Assembly (NCBI GenBank): GCA_029863585.1
Contig: JAOTVC010000003.1
Location: 1-49,760 of the forward strand
Source: Alphaproteobacteria bacterium
GTDB taxonomy: Bacteria; Pseudomonadota; Alphaproteobacteria; SMXQ01
Direction: 5' to 3'
DNA length: 49,760 nucleotides
The stretch's first letter is position 1. Each line of letters opens with the position of its first letter. This document shows, piece by piece, positions 10,680-18,647 of this stretch. The notes under the pieces were generated by a model. That model worked only from the letters and a program-made list of their open reading frames with translations. It made no database searches and was not told where the DNA came from. The translations under genes were made by a program, and so were the position numbers.

Positions 10680-10722
10680 AAGCCCCGTGTCGCAACGAGA
10701 TCGGCACGGGGTTTCGTTTTTT
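10680..10722 (+). terminator. Rho-independent terminator of the marR unit
   Basis: Stem AAGCCCCGTGTCG / CGGCACGGGGTTT followed by CGTTTTTT. Confidence 0.75.
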
Positions 10723-10766
10723 CGGCCATGTAGGTCAATCCGGAGCCATCCCGGTCCGTCAACCTG

Positions 10767-10794
10767 ATGACCGCTTGTGACCCGAGGCGGACAT
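10767..10794 (+). repeat. 28-bp palindromic site, copy 3: ATGACCGCTTG|TGACCC|GAGGCGGACAT
   Basis: 26/28 identical to copy 1; the inverted repeat extends outward (CTG...CAG, 10764-10797). Confidence 0.9.
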
Positions 10795-10908
10795 CAGACA
10801 TCCTTGGCAAAGGATGCCTGCGATTCCGCGATCCATCCTATTTGCCAAGTGGCAACGTAATCATCATTCCTGTTTCTGATGCTGGTACTGGCAAGCAATT
10901 TACATGTT

Positions 10909-11793
10909 CTAGCATCGGGCAATTATGTGGGAATTGTTGCCGCCGCCGCCCTCGACGATTTCAATGTCATTGAAACCGGTAACGCGCAATTGCTCCGTGA
11001 TCTCTTCAACCCGCCATGGATGACCGCCACGTCGGAATATCTCGAGGTCTGAGAGCGATTGGCTAAGCGAGTCAGAGCGAGACGGGATTCCCCCAAAGAA
11101 GAGGAACCCGCCCGGCCTTAGCGCGCGGTTGAGGCGTGGCAGGGCGGAATCGACCACCTGTCGAGGCAGAAAGCTGCTGGGCAGCCAAATAACATCGAAA
11201 GCCTCCTTGTCATCGATGTCGCTAACGTCTTGGCACCGCAGCGTGATCCTGTCCTGCAAACCCTCAGCGGAAATGTTGGTTTCCGCGAGTTCCAGGGAGG
11301 GCTTCCAGATATCAAGACCAACGATCCGCATGTCGGGCCATAGCTTGGCAGCCTCGATTGCCAGCCATCCCACCCCAGTCCCGACATCGAGAAAGTCGCA
11401 GTCGGTTAGGGCGGCATCCAACGCCGGTCTCTGGCGCGCAAGGTTAGCGAAATTTCGAGCGACAGAGCGTGATGCACGCCCCCGCTGCTGCAGAACCGCC
11501 GGGTCCGTATATCCCCAGCCCGGCGCCCGGTTGGGCTCACTCAAGAATTCAAGTGCATCCTGAAGCGCTGAGGTTAAATGGCCAATGACAGTAGCGACGT
11601 GGCCCGGTTCCAACCCATCCAACAGGCCAGGTTCGAGGTTTTTCAGAACGGCATTCATCGCATCTCGGACCTGCGGATCACCCTCTTGTTCCGTTTGACG
11701 CAAGCGTAGTTCAGCGCCCAACGCTCCCATTAATTGCGTGACATTTACAAATTCACGTGTCTTAGCGAGCAGATCTGGATAGCCCATGACCAT
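10909..11793 (-). CDS. Class I SAM-dependent methyltransferase
   Basis: Motifs FLDVGTGVG, IVGLDI, FDVIWLP and ALRPGG; GAGGGG RBS upstream. Confidence 0.88.
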   Translation of the reverse strand: MVMGYPDLLAKTREFVNVTQLMGALGAELRLRQTEQEGDPQVRDAMNAVLKNLEPGLLDGLEPGHVATVIGHLTSALQDALEFLSEPNRAPGWGYTDPAVLQQRGRASRSVARNFANLARQRPALDAALTDCDFLDVGTGVGWLAIEAAKLWPDMRIVGLDIWKPSLELAETNISAEGLQDRITLRCQDVSDIDDKEAFDVIWLPSSFLPRQVVDSALPRLNRALRPGGFLFFGGIPSRSDSLSQSLSDLEIFRRGGHPWRVEEITEQLRVTGFNDIEIVEGGGGNNSHIIARC

Positions 11794-11924
11794 ACCCCTC
11801 CCATTCGCTGTGAATATCTGTCATCCTCCTAATCAGGGAGGGGATTGAAATAATGTGGGGTGGCGCGCGCCCACCACTGGAATGGTAAAGGCTCGCAGGC
11901 CATTTAGAAATTTTCAAGCCGGTT

Positions 11925-11952
11925 ATATCCGCCAATGGCCAACAGTGGGCAT
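11925..11952 (+). repeat. 28-bp site, copy 4: ATATCCGCCAA|TGGCCA|ACAGTGGGCAT
   Basis: Same length and 11-6-11 register as copies 1 and 3, with substitutions in both arms. Confidence 0.65.
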
Positions 11953-12158
11953 TGGGTTGGCGCGCAAGCATCCGCCAGAACCACCTTGCCTGCCCCGCAC
12001 GTTGAATTCGGAATCCACCTGTCAGCTCGCATGCGGAAATTCATCCCGCAATCGTCCGAGATTCTCTAAGCTCCAGATGCCGAGACAATGTTCAATAAGG
12101 GATTTCGAAATTGGGACGAAACCTCAGCACTGAGAGGCAGAAACTTCAAAGTGGGAAA

Positions 12159-12186
12159 AGCCATGTTGCGGCCGACAAGCGGACTG
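12159..12186 (+). repeat. Degenerate site, copy 5 (right half CGGCCG-ACAA-GCGGACT)
   Basis: Spacer-like CGGCCG and right arm AAGCGGACT are present; the left arm is not recognisable. Confidence 0.4.
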
Positions 12187-12313
12187 GCCGTGCCGGTGGT
12201 TCTGGATTGGGCGGCGGCGGGTGTGTGACGGCGGCAGATCGGCTGATGCCAAGATTTCTCCCCATCTGCGGATTTATTTACCGATTAAACTATTGACTTT
12301 ACTTCAGTTCTCC

Positions 12314-12343
12314 ATCCAAATATTATTTGGATAGTAATACTAT
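12314..12343. promoter_or_regulatory. Two adjacent inverted repeats upstream of the 129-aa ORF
   Basis: ATCCAAATA-T-TATTTGGAT (12314-12332) and ATAGTA-A-TACTAT (12331-12343), in an AT-rich tract with TTGACT at 12293. Confidence 0.5.
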
Positions 12344-12388
12344 TGCGGAAGCCAGGTTCCCGACACTAAAAGCAAAGAGGAGATTCCC

Positions 12389-12778
12389 ATGCCGTTCGAT
12401 GAATCCCTTGAGGTGAGATCGGTTGCCAGTATCCGCGCAGCCGTTGCCGACGCTCTCCGTAAATGTGGAAACAAAGAATTCCAAACGATCGAACGAATCG
12501 AGGACTACAGTTGCAACAACGACGTTGCCAACCTTCAGACCGCAGGCACCGTTTTTGCAGCTATCGCCGATGCTCTCGAGGACACGGGCGTGTTCGGAGA
12601 CTATTCCACCGTCGGTGAAGTCATCAAGAAGCTCATCGGCCAGGACCAGCAGAACAAGACCAAATGGATCGCACACCACATCGGCTGTTCCTGTTTGGGG
12701 CTTGCGACCGGCGAGACCGTTGCCGAAAAGATCCTGACACTCGACCTGGCCGGAAGACCTCGCTACGTTCCTGGCTAA
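12389..12778 (+). CDS. Hypothetical protein (129 aa) with HHIGCSC motif
   Basis: GAGGAG RBS, AT-rich upstream region, downstream terminator and globular-protein composition. Confidence 0.8.
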   Translation: MPFDESLEVRSVASIRAAVADALRKCGNKEFQTIERIEDYSCNNDVANLQTAGTVFAAIADALEDTGVFGDYSTVGEVIKKLIGQDQQNKTKWIAHHIGCSCLGLATGETVAEKILTLDLAGRPRYVPG

Positions 12779-12798
12779 TCATGAGCACGCCTCTTAGG

Positions 12799-12840
12799 GC
12801 CCGCCTCTCAACACCTTGTTGGAGGGCGGGCTTAATTTTT
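12799..12840 (+). terminator. Rho-independent terminator
   Basis: 15-bp imperfect stem GCCCGCCTCTCAACA-CCT-TGTTGGAGGGCGGGC followed by TTAATTTTT. Confidence 0.7.
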
Positions 12841-13066
12841 CTCAGTATTTGTAGGAGAGTCCTCCCTTCTCCGTCTTCACGAGCAATAAGTTGTTCGTGG
12901 TTGGTCAGGGGTCTTTGAGAGCACCGATGTGGCTCATCGGCTGTCATCTCAAACAATGAGCAGTGCAAAGTGATTGGAAATCCGGTCAATCCTTTGATGT
13001 CGCCTTTGGCTCCAATCACATAGAGGATTAATGCCGGGGCAAGCCGTCGTTGGGCGGGTTAATCCG

Positions 13067-13093
13067 ACGGCCGGCCTGACCCGAAGCGGACTA
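13067..13093 (+). repeat. Site copy 6: ACGGCCGGCC|TGACCC|GAAGCGGACTA
   Basis: Spacer TGACCC and right arm GAAGCGGAC match copies 1 and 3; the left arm is divergent and 1 nt short. Confidence 0.75.
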
Positions 13094-13124
13094 AACCTCA
13101 CGCGCTGGCCTCTCGCGTGCCACG

Positions 13125-14237
13125 CTAGCGCGTCAGGGCCTTGACGAAGTCTCGCGCCTCGCGCTGTTGGACGTGGAATTCTTCGGTCTGACCGCTTTCG
13201 TATTCGTCGAGCTTGTCGAAATCGATCTTGTGGGCCGGATCAGCCATCGGCACTCCCTGCATCCGGCTGTTAAGTCCGACCAAGGGCATGATCATCTCCT
13301 GGGTCTTCCTCGAGAGTAGCCAGTTGACGAAGACGATGGTGGCGTTGGGGTGGGGTCGAGGGTTCAGGACCTGGATGCCGCAGACTCCCGGGCTCCATCG
13401 CTTCAGGCCGGTGACCTCCCCGATGTTGAGCGTGACGCCGCGCTGTCGATATAGGCGAATGAAGGAGCCCGGAATGCCAATCGAGACCGGATACCTGCCA
13501 CTGACGAACCAGTCCATCAACTGGCGCTCGTTTCTGGTAATGACCGGTTTCTGCTCCTCGATCAGAGCGCGGATGAATGGCTTGCCGTAACGCGTGTCCT
13601 TCAACAGCATCGCCATGGTGATCGAGGCCGACCCTTCAGAAGGCTCCGCCATGGAGATCTTACCCTTCCATTTGGGGTCCAGCATCTCCTTGAGTTCGAA
13701 TTCTTCCTGCTTGATGAAGTCCCTGTTGAAGTAAGCGAAGGTGCTTTCGTAGATGCAAAAGGTCGGGAAGAACTTTTTGCCCCTATCAAGGAACATGTGC
13801 TGAAAGCCGCCATGCCAATTCTTTTCGTCGGTGACCTCGGGCAGCATCAACATTGGTCTCACCTCGGCAATGCCCCCTTGAGAGGAAAGCTGCCAGGCCG
13901 CTGCGGTGGCGCCGCCCACGCGAACGTCCCAGAGGTGCTTGCTGACCTCGCGCTCCTTCAGCACCTTGGGCCAGAAATCGCGACCGGCGAACGGCGTCAC
14001 GGATATCTTGACGTCAGGATAATCCTTTTGGAACCGGGCCAAGACATCACGCCAGGTCCGACCCGTGGGGCCCGCGACCACCAGCCTGCCCTCGTTTCTG
14101 GCAGCGGACACGATCCCGTCCCACTTGGCCTTTCCGGCCCAGTCGGCCGCGGTCGCCGCCAGGGCGCCTGCGCAGAGGATGAACGCACCGAGCCCAGCGG
14201 TCGGAAGGAAACGGCTCGGAGATCGGTGGGATGTCAT
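13125..14237 (-). CDS. Orphan ABC transporter substrate-binding protein (iron/polyamine/2-aminoethylphosphonate-like class)
   Basis: Signal peptide ending ATA-AD; motifs ARNEGRLVV, LDPKWKGKI and PHPNATIVFVNWLLS. Confidence 0.88.
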   Translation of the reverse strand: MTSHRSPSRFLPTAGLGAFILCAGALAATAADWAGKAKWDGIVSAARNEGRLVVAGPTGRTWRDVLARFQKDYPDVKISVTPFAGRDFWPKVLKEREVSKHLWDVRVGGATAAAWQLSSQGGIAEVRPMLMLPEVTDEKNWHGGFQHMFLDRGKKFFPTFCIYESTFAYFNRDFIKQEEFELKEMLDPKWKGKISMAEPSEGSASITMAMLLKDTRYGKPFIRALIEEQKPVITRNERQLMDWFVSGRYPVSIGIPGSFIRLYRQRGVTLNIGEVTGLKRWSPGVCGIQVLNPRPHPNATIVFVNWLLSRKTQEMIMPLVGLNSRMQGVPMADPAHKIDFDKLDEYESGQTEEFHVQQREARDFVKALTR

Positions 14238-14419
14238 GATCAGCCTCGTCTACTAGAAAAGCGGCGATACGCCGGGCAGCCATTGCGGATGTCTCGGCGA
14301 TGCCGGCCCTCAATCCACCCCATATCGAGTCAGGAAAAGGATGGCAATTCTATAGGCGCCCCACATAGGCAAATGGGCATCGCCCCAAGCCGTCAAGCGA
14401 CGCCTTCGGAAGCCGCCAA

Positions 14420-14448
14420 ATGTCCGTTTCTTGGCCAGTCGCGGACAT
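14420..14448 (+). repeat. Site copy 7: ATGTCCGTTTCT|TGGCCA|GTCGCGGACAT
   Basis: Perfect outer arms AATGTCCG/CGGACATT (14419-14449); spacer identical to copy 4; marks the right edge of the lower-GC block. Confidence 0.85.
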
Positions 14449-14504
14449 TAGGTCAACGGTAGAACCATACCTCCGCCCCTGTTTGCCCGGGGGGCGACGG
14501 TCTC

Positions 14505-14559
14505 ATGGATGCCCCGGAGTCAAGCCCACGCGTACCTTCCCACGACCCCGGGGCATGAC
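14505..14559. repeat. REP-like palindrome (GGATGCCCCGG-AGTCAAGCCC...CCGGGGCATGAC)
   Basis: 9-bp inverted repeat ATGCCCCGG (14509-14517) / CCGGGGCAT (14548-14556). Resembles the common alphaproteobacterial GGATGCCCGGGTCAAGCCCGGGCATGAC repeat (recalled, not searched). Confidence 0.6.
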
Positions 14560-14615
14560 CGAATTCTCGTCGCCATGACCCGCCGAATTCGGCCGGGGTT
14601 GATTCGCAGACCGGA

Positions 14616-15452
14616 TCAGCGCGACATGTAGACCGGCACCGTCATCTTTTCCAGGATGCGCCGTGTGGTGCCGCCGAAGACCAGCTCACGCAAACGGAAG
14701 CTACCGTAGGAGCCGATCACCATCATGTCGGCGTTGAAATCGCCGCACTGCTTGATCAGTTCGTCGCCGACCGTGCCGCGGTCGGCGGTCACCTCCACCA
14801 CCTCGCCCCTGACGCCGTGGCGCGCGAGGTGGGTGGCGATATTGGCACCCGGCATCTCGCCATGGGCCATGATGCCCCGTTCGGCGTTGATGACCATGAT
14901 TCGGACCTCGTCCGCCGCCTGGAGCAGCGGCAGCGCGTCGTTGGCGGCCCGGGCCGCCGCGCGGCTTGCGTTCCAGGCCAGCAGGATTCGCTTGCCGACG
15001 GTGTCGGGCGCGCCGGAATAGGGAACGGCGATGGCCGGGCGGCCCGCATCCAGCACCACGTGATCGGGCAGTTCCGGGGCGGCGCCCGCATCCAGGCGCC
15101 CCGGCATGCGCTGGCCCACCACGGTAAGATCGGCATAGCGCGCGTTGACGACCAGCATTTCCGGCACCGCGCCTTCGACCTGGCGCCATTCGGCGGCGAT
15201 GCCGGCGCGCCCAATCTTTTCGTCGAACTGCCGCTTGGCTTCTTCCGCCGATTCCCGCATGAACTTGTCATGGGCCTCGATCAGTTCGGGGCCCAGGTCC
15301 GCCTCGGTGTATTGGTGAATGGGCGCCACCGCCACCACGTAGACCGCGGCGAGATGGGCGTCGTTGGCCTGGGCCAAGCGGATCGCGTAATCCAGGCGGT
15401 CCGGGGTCGCCGGCGACGAGTCGATGTGAACCAGAATATCTTTCAAAGCCAT
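14616..15452 (-). CDS. Universal stress protein (tandem Usp domains)
   Basis: Motifs KDILVHID, ARYADLTVVGQ, ILLAWNASRAAARA and MVIGSYGSFRLRELVFGGTT. Confidence 0.93.
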   Translation of the reverse strand: MALKDILVHIDSSPATPDRLDYAIRLAQANDAHLAAVYVVAVAPIHQYTEADLGPELIEAHDKFMRESAEEAKRQFDEKIGRAGIAAEWRQVEGAVPEMLVVNARYADLTVVGQRMPGRLDAGAAPELPDHVVLDAGRPAIAVPYSGAPDTVGKRILLAWNASRAAARAANDALPLLQAADEVRIMVINAERGIMAHGEMPGANIATHLARHGVRGEVVEVTADRGTVGDELIKQCGDFNADMMVIGSYGSFRLRELVFGGTTRRILEKMTVPVYMSR

Positions 15453-15661
15453 GACGCCTGCCCTCTTATTTATCCTTTTTTATCCATTCTCCGCCCATCT
15501 TGGCGTTTTTCCCGGGTTCTTGTCCGTCTGCCGCATAAGGATCTCATTTTGCCGGGAAGCATAAGCACAAGCGCGGGGCCAACGCCAGCACCACTTGACC
15601 CCCGCCCTTGTGAGGCACGGCGATTTCCTCTAACAAGGCGCAAGTCGAGAAAAGGTAGAAA

Positions 15662-17095
15662 ATGTCCACATCCAGCACCGTTCCTGCAGTTTGGCCCGTG
15701 ATCATGGCCGGGGGAACGGGAACCCGCCTCTGGCCGGCCTCCCGCGAACTGTTTCCCAAGCAGTTCATGGCGCTGGCGGGCGAGTCCACGATGCTGGCGG
15801 AAACCGCGGCCCGGCTATCGGGCCCCCTGTTCGCAGACCCCGTGGTGCTGTGCAACGACGAGCACCGGTTCATCGCCGCCGAGCAGTTGCGCGCCGCGGG
15901 GATCAGTGCCGACGCCATCATCCTGGAACCCGTCGGCCGCAACACCGCCCCGGCGGCGGCCGTCGCGGCCTTCCACCTGGTCGGGCGGGACCCGGAGGCG
16001 GTGATGCTGCTGGCGCCCGCCGATCATGTGATCGCCGACGCGGACGGTTTCCGCACCGGCATCGAAACCGCCCTGCCCGCGGCCCGCAACGGCAGTCTCC
16101 TGACCTTCGGCATCACCCCCAGCCGGCCCGAGACCGGCTACGGCTATATCGAGCGCGGCGGCCCGGCAGACACCCCCGGCGTGTTCGGCCTCACCCGGTT
16201 CACGGAAAAGCCCGATGCCGCGACGGCGAAGACCTATATCGCCTCCGGCGCCCATCTCTGGAACTCCGGCATCTTCCTGATGCGCGCGGCCACCTATCTC
16301 GCGGAACTGGAGCGCCTGCATCCGGATATCCTGGCCGCGGCGCGCGAAGCTCTCGCCGGCGCGGACAACGACCTCGATTTCCTGCGCCTCGACGGCGAGG
16401 CGTTCGGCAGATCGCCCAACATCTCCATCGACTACGCGGTGATGGAGCCGACCGACAAGGGCGCCGTAGTTCCGCTCGACGTGGGGTGGTCCGACGTGGG
16501 GTCCTGGGATGCGCTGTGGGAGATCACGGACAAGGACAACGCAGGCAACGTCATCCGCGGCGATGTCCTGGCCGAGGGCGTGCGTGATTCCTACCTGCGT
16601 TCCGATGCCGGGCTGCTGGCCGTGGTGGGCCTCGACGACGTCGTCGTGGTGGCCACCGACAATGCCGTCCTGGTGGCCGGCAAGAAAGCCTCTCAGGATG
16701 TCCGCAAGATCGTGGACCGGCTGCGCAAGGACGGCCGGCCGGAAACCGTGACCCACACCACGACCTACCGCCCGTGGGGCAGTTTCCAGAACGTCGATGT
16801 CGGCGAGCGCTATCAGGTCAAGCGAATCACCGTGAAGCCGGGCGGCCGCCTCAGCCTGCAGAAACACGCCCGGCGGGCGGAGCACTGGGTGGTGGTCTCG
16901 GGCACCGCCACGGTGACCCGCGGCGAAGACATCATGGAGCTCAAGGCCAACCAATCGACCTACATCCCGATCGGCATGGCCCACCGGCTGGAAAACAAGG
17001 GCGCGGAAACGCTGCACCTGGTGGAAGTGCAGTCGGGCGACTATCTGGGCGAGGACGACATCGTGCGCCTGGAAGACATCTATGGCCGGTCCTGA
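15662..17095 (+). CDS. manC: Mannose-1-phosphate guanylyltransferase / mannose-6-phosphate isomerase
   Basis: Motifs PVIMAGGTGTRLWP, PKQF, EPVGRNTAPA, FTEKP and WSDVGSW; C-terminal cupin RPWG..LSLQKH. Confidence 0.95.
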   Translation: MSTSSTVPAVWPVIMAGGTGTRLWPASRELFPKQFMALAGESTMLAETAARLSGPLFADPVVLCNDEHRFIAAEQLRAAGISADAIILEPVGRNTAPAAAVAAFHLVGRDPEAVMLLAPADHVIADADGFRTGIETALPAARNGSLLTFGITPSRPETGYGYIERGGPADTPGVFGLTRFTEKPDAATAKTYIASGAHLWNSGIFLMRAATYLAELERLHPDILAAAREALAGADNDLDFLRLDGEAFGRSPNISIDYAVMEPTDKGAVVPLDVGWSDVGSWDALWEITDKDNAGNVIRGDVLAEGVRDSYLRSDAGLLAVVGLDDVVVVATDNAVLVAGKKASQDVRKIVDRLRKDGRPETVTHTTTYRPWGSFQNVDVGERYQVKRITVKPGGRLSLQKHARRAEHWVVVSGTATVTRGEDIMELKANQSTYIPIGMAHRLENKGAETLHLVEVQSGDYLGEDDIVRLEDIYGRS

Positions 17096-18494
17096 CGAGG
17101 GCCCCCGCCCCAGAGTCGAACCCGGCGGCGGCAACAGCCTCGGCGTCCGCGATCGCGCCAGCCTGATCCACCCCTATACCGATCTCCGCGCCCATGAACA
17201 GGCCGGTCCGCTGGTGATCACCGGCGGCGACGGCGTCACCGTGACCGACGATGCGGGCAACCGCTATATCGACGCTATGGCCGGACTGTGGTGCGCCAGC
17301 CTCGGTTTTTCCGAGCCCCGCCTCGCCGCCGCCGCCAAGCGCCAGATGGAGACCCTCGGCTTCTATCACCTGTTCTCCGGCAAGTCCCATGCCCCCGCGA
17401 TCGAGCTTGCCGAACGCCTACTGGCCATGGTGCCGGCACCTTTCGCCCGGGTGTTTTTCGCCAATTCCGGCTCGGAAGTCGTCGATACCGCGATCAAGCT
17501 CGCCTGGTACGCCAACAACGCCCTCGGCCGCCCCGCGAAGAAAAAGATCATCTCCCGCCGCAGGGCCTATCACGGGGTCACCATCGCCGCCGCGTCGCTG
17601 ACCCACCTGCCGGTCAACCAGACCGGATTCGACCTGCCGCTGGCGCCGATGCTGGCAACCGATTGCCCACATTTCTATCGCGAGGGCCAGCCGGGCGAGA
17701 GCGAGGCGGACTTCACCCATCGCCTTGCCGCCAGTCTCGACCGCTTGATCACCGAACAGGGGCCCGAGACCATCGCCGCCTTCATCGCCGAGCCGGTGAT
17801 GGGCGCGGGCGGTGTGATCGTGCCGCCCGCCGGCTATTTCCAGGCGATCCAGCCGGTGCTTGCGAAGCATGACGTGTGGCTGATCGCCGATGAGGTGATC
17901 TGCGGCTTCGGGCGCACCGGCAACATGTTCGGCTGCGAGACCTTCGGCATCGAACCCGACATGATGGTGCTGGCCAAGGCGCTGTCGGCGGGGCACGCGC
18001 CGATCTCCGCCCTTCTGGTGAGCCGGGAAATCTATGAGGCCCTGGCCGACAAGAGCGCCGAGGTCGGCAGCTTCGGCCACGGCTTCACCTATTCCGCCCA
18101 TCCGCTGTCCGCCGCGGTGGCGCTGGAGACGCTGAAGATCTACGCCGAACGCGACATCCTGGCCCAGGTGCGCGAGACCGCGCCGCTGCTGCAGAAGGGC
18201 CTGGGCGCGCTCGCCGGCCATCCCCTGGTCGGCGAGGTTCGCGGCATCGGCCTGATCGGCGCCGTCGAACTGGTCGCCGACAAGGAGACCCGCCGGCCCT
18301 TCGACCCGCCCGGGCGGATCGGCCCGGCCGTGGTCCGCGCCGCCCAGGACGAGGGCCTGATCACCCGGGCCTTGGGCGACGCCATCGCCTTCTCGCCGCC
18401 GCTGATCATCTCGCCGGCGGAAATCGACGCCGTTCTCGAGCGATTCGGCCGGGCCCTGGACAGGGTCGCGGCGGAGCTTGCGTCGGGACGATGA
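17082..18494 (+). CDS. Class III (omega-type) PLP aminotransferase
   Basis: Motifs YIDAMAGLW, NSGSE, YHG, FIAEPVMGAGG, IADEVICGFGRTG, AKAL and HGFTY. Confidence 0.93.
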   Translation: MAGPDEGPRPRVEPGGGNSLGVRDRASLIHPYTDLRAHEQAGPLVITGGDGVTVTDDAGNRYIDAMAGLWCASLGFSEPRLAAAAKRQMETLGFYHLFSGKSHAPAIELAERLLAMVPAPFARVFFANSGSEVVDTAIKLAWYANNALGRPAKKKIISRRRAYHGVTIAAASLTHLPVNQTGFDLPLAPMLATDCPHFYREGQPGESEADFTHRLAASLDRLITEQGPETIAAFIAEPVMGAGGVIVPPAGYFQAIQPVLAKHDVWLIADEVICGFGRTGNMFGCETFGIEPDMMVLAKALSAGHAPISALLVSREIYEALADKSAEVGSFGHGFTYSAHPLSAAVALETLKIYAERDILAQVRETAPLLQKGLGALAGHPLVGEVRGIGLIGAVELVADKETRRPFDPPGRIGPAVVRAAQDEGLITRALGDAIAFSPPLIISPAEIDAVLERFGRALDRVAAELASGR

Positions 18495-18647
18495 AATCTT
18501 ATGTATTCAAGGGCTTGCAGGCCGTGTTAGGAAAATATTAGGCATGTCACACAAAGATGTGATGGGAATGCCAATGCCTAGCCGTCATCCCAGCCGTTAT
18601 GTTAATGTGCCGCACGTGACGGGGGGCCGAACCCCGTGGGAGAGCCG

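Noticed and set aside
10767-10973. 68-aa ORF MTACDPRRTS (also 8623..8820 and 8803..9387)
   Set aside because: These start inside the palindromic sites and/or overlap real genes; they are artefacts of start codons within the repeat.
11903-11919. TTTAGAAATTTTCAAGC as an Irr iron-control element
   Set aside because: Only the left half matches, and the adjacent gene has no evident iron link.
12633-13019. 128-aa minus-strand ORF in the island
   Set aside because: It overlaps the better-supported 129-aa gene and runs through that gene's terminator; it has no recognisable motif.
8793-14448. CRISPR array or classical integron as an explanation for the 28-bp repeats
   Set aside because: Spacing is 0.2-1.3 kb and gene-sized, the copies are divergent, there is no cas or intI gene, and attC R-boxes are absent.
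15662-17095. manC as a marker of a polysaccharide biosynthesis island
   Set aside because: There are no glycosyltransferase or export genes nearby, and its composition matches the core genome.
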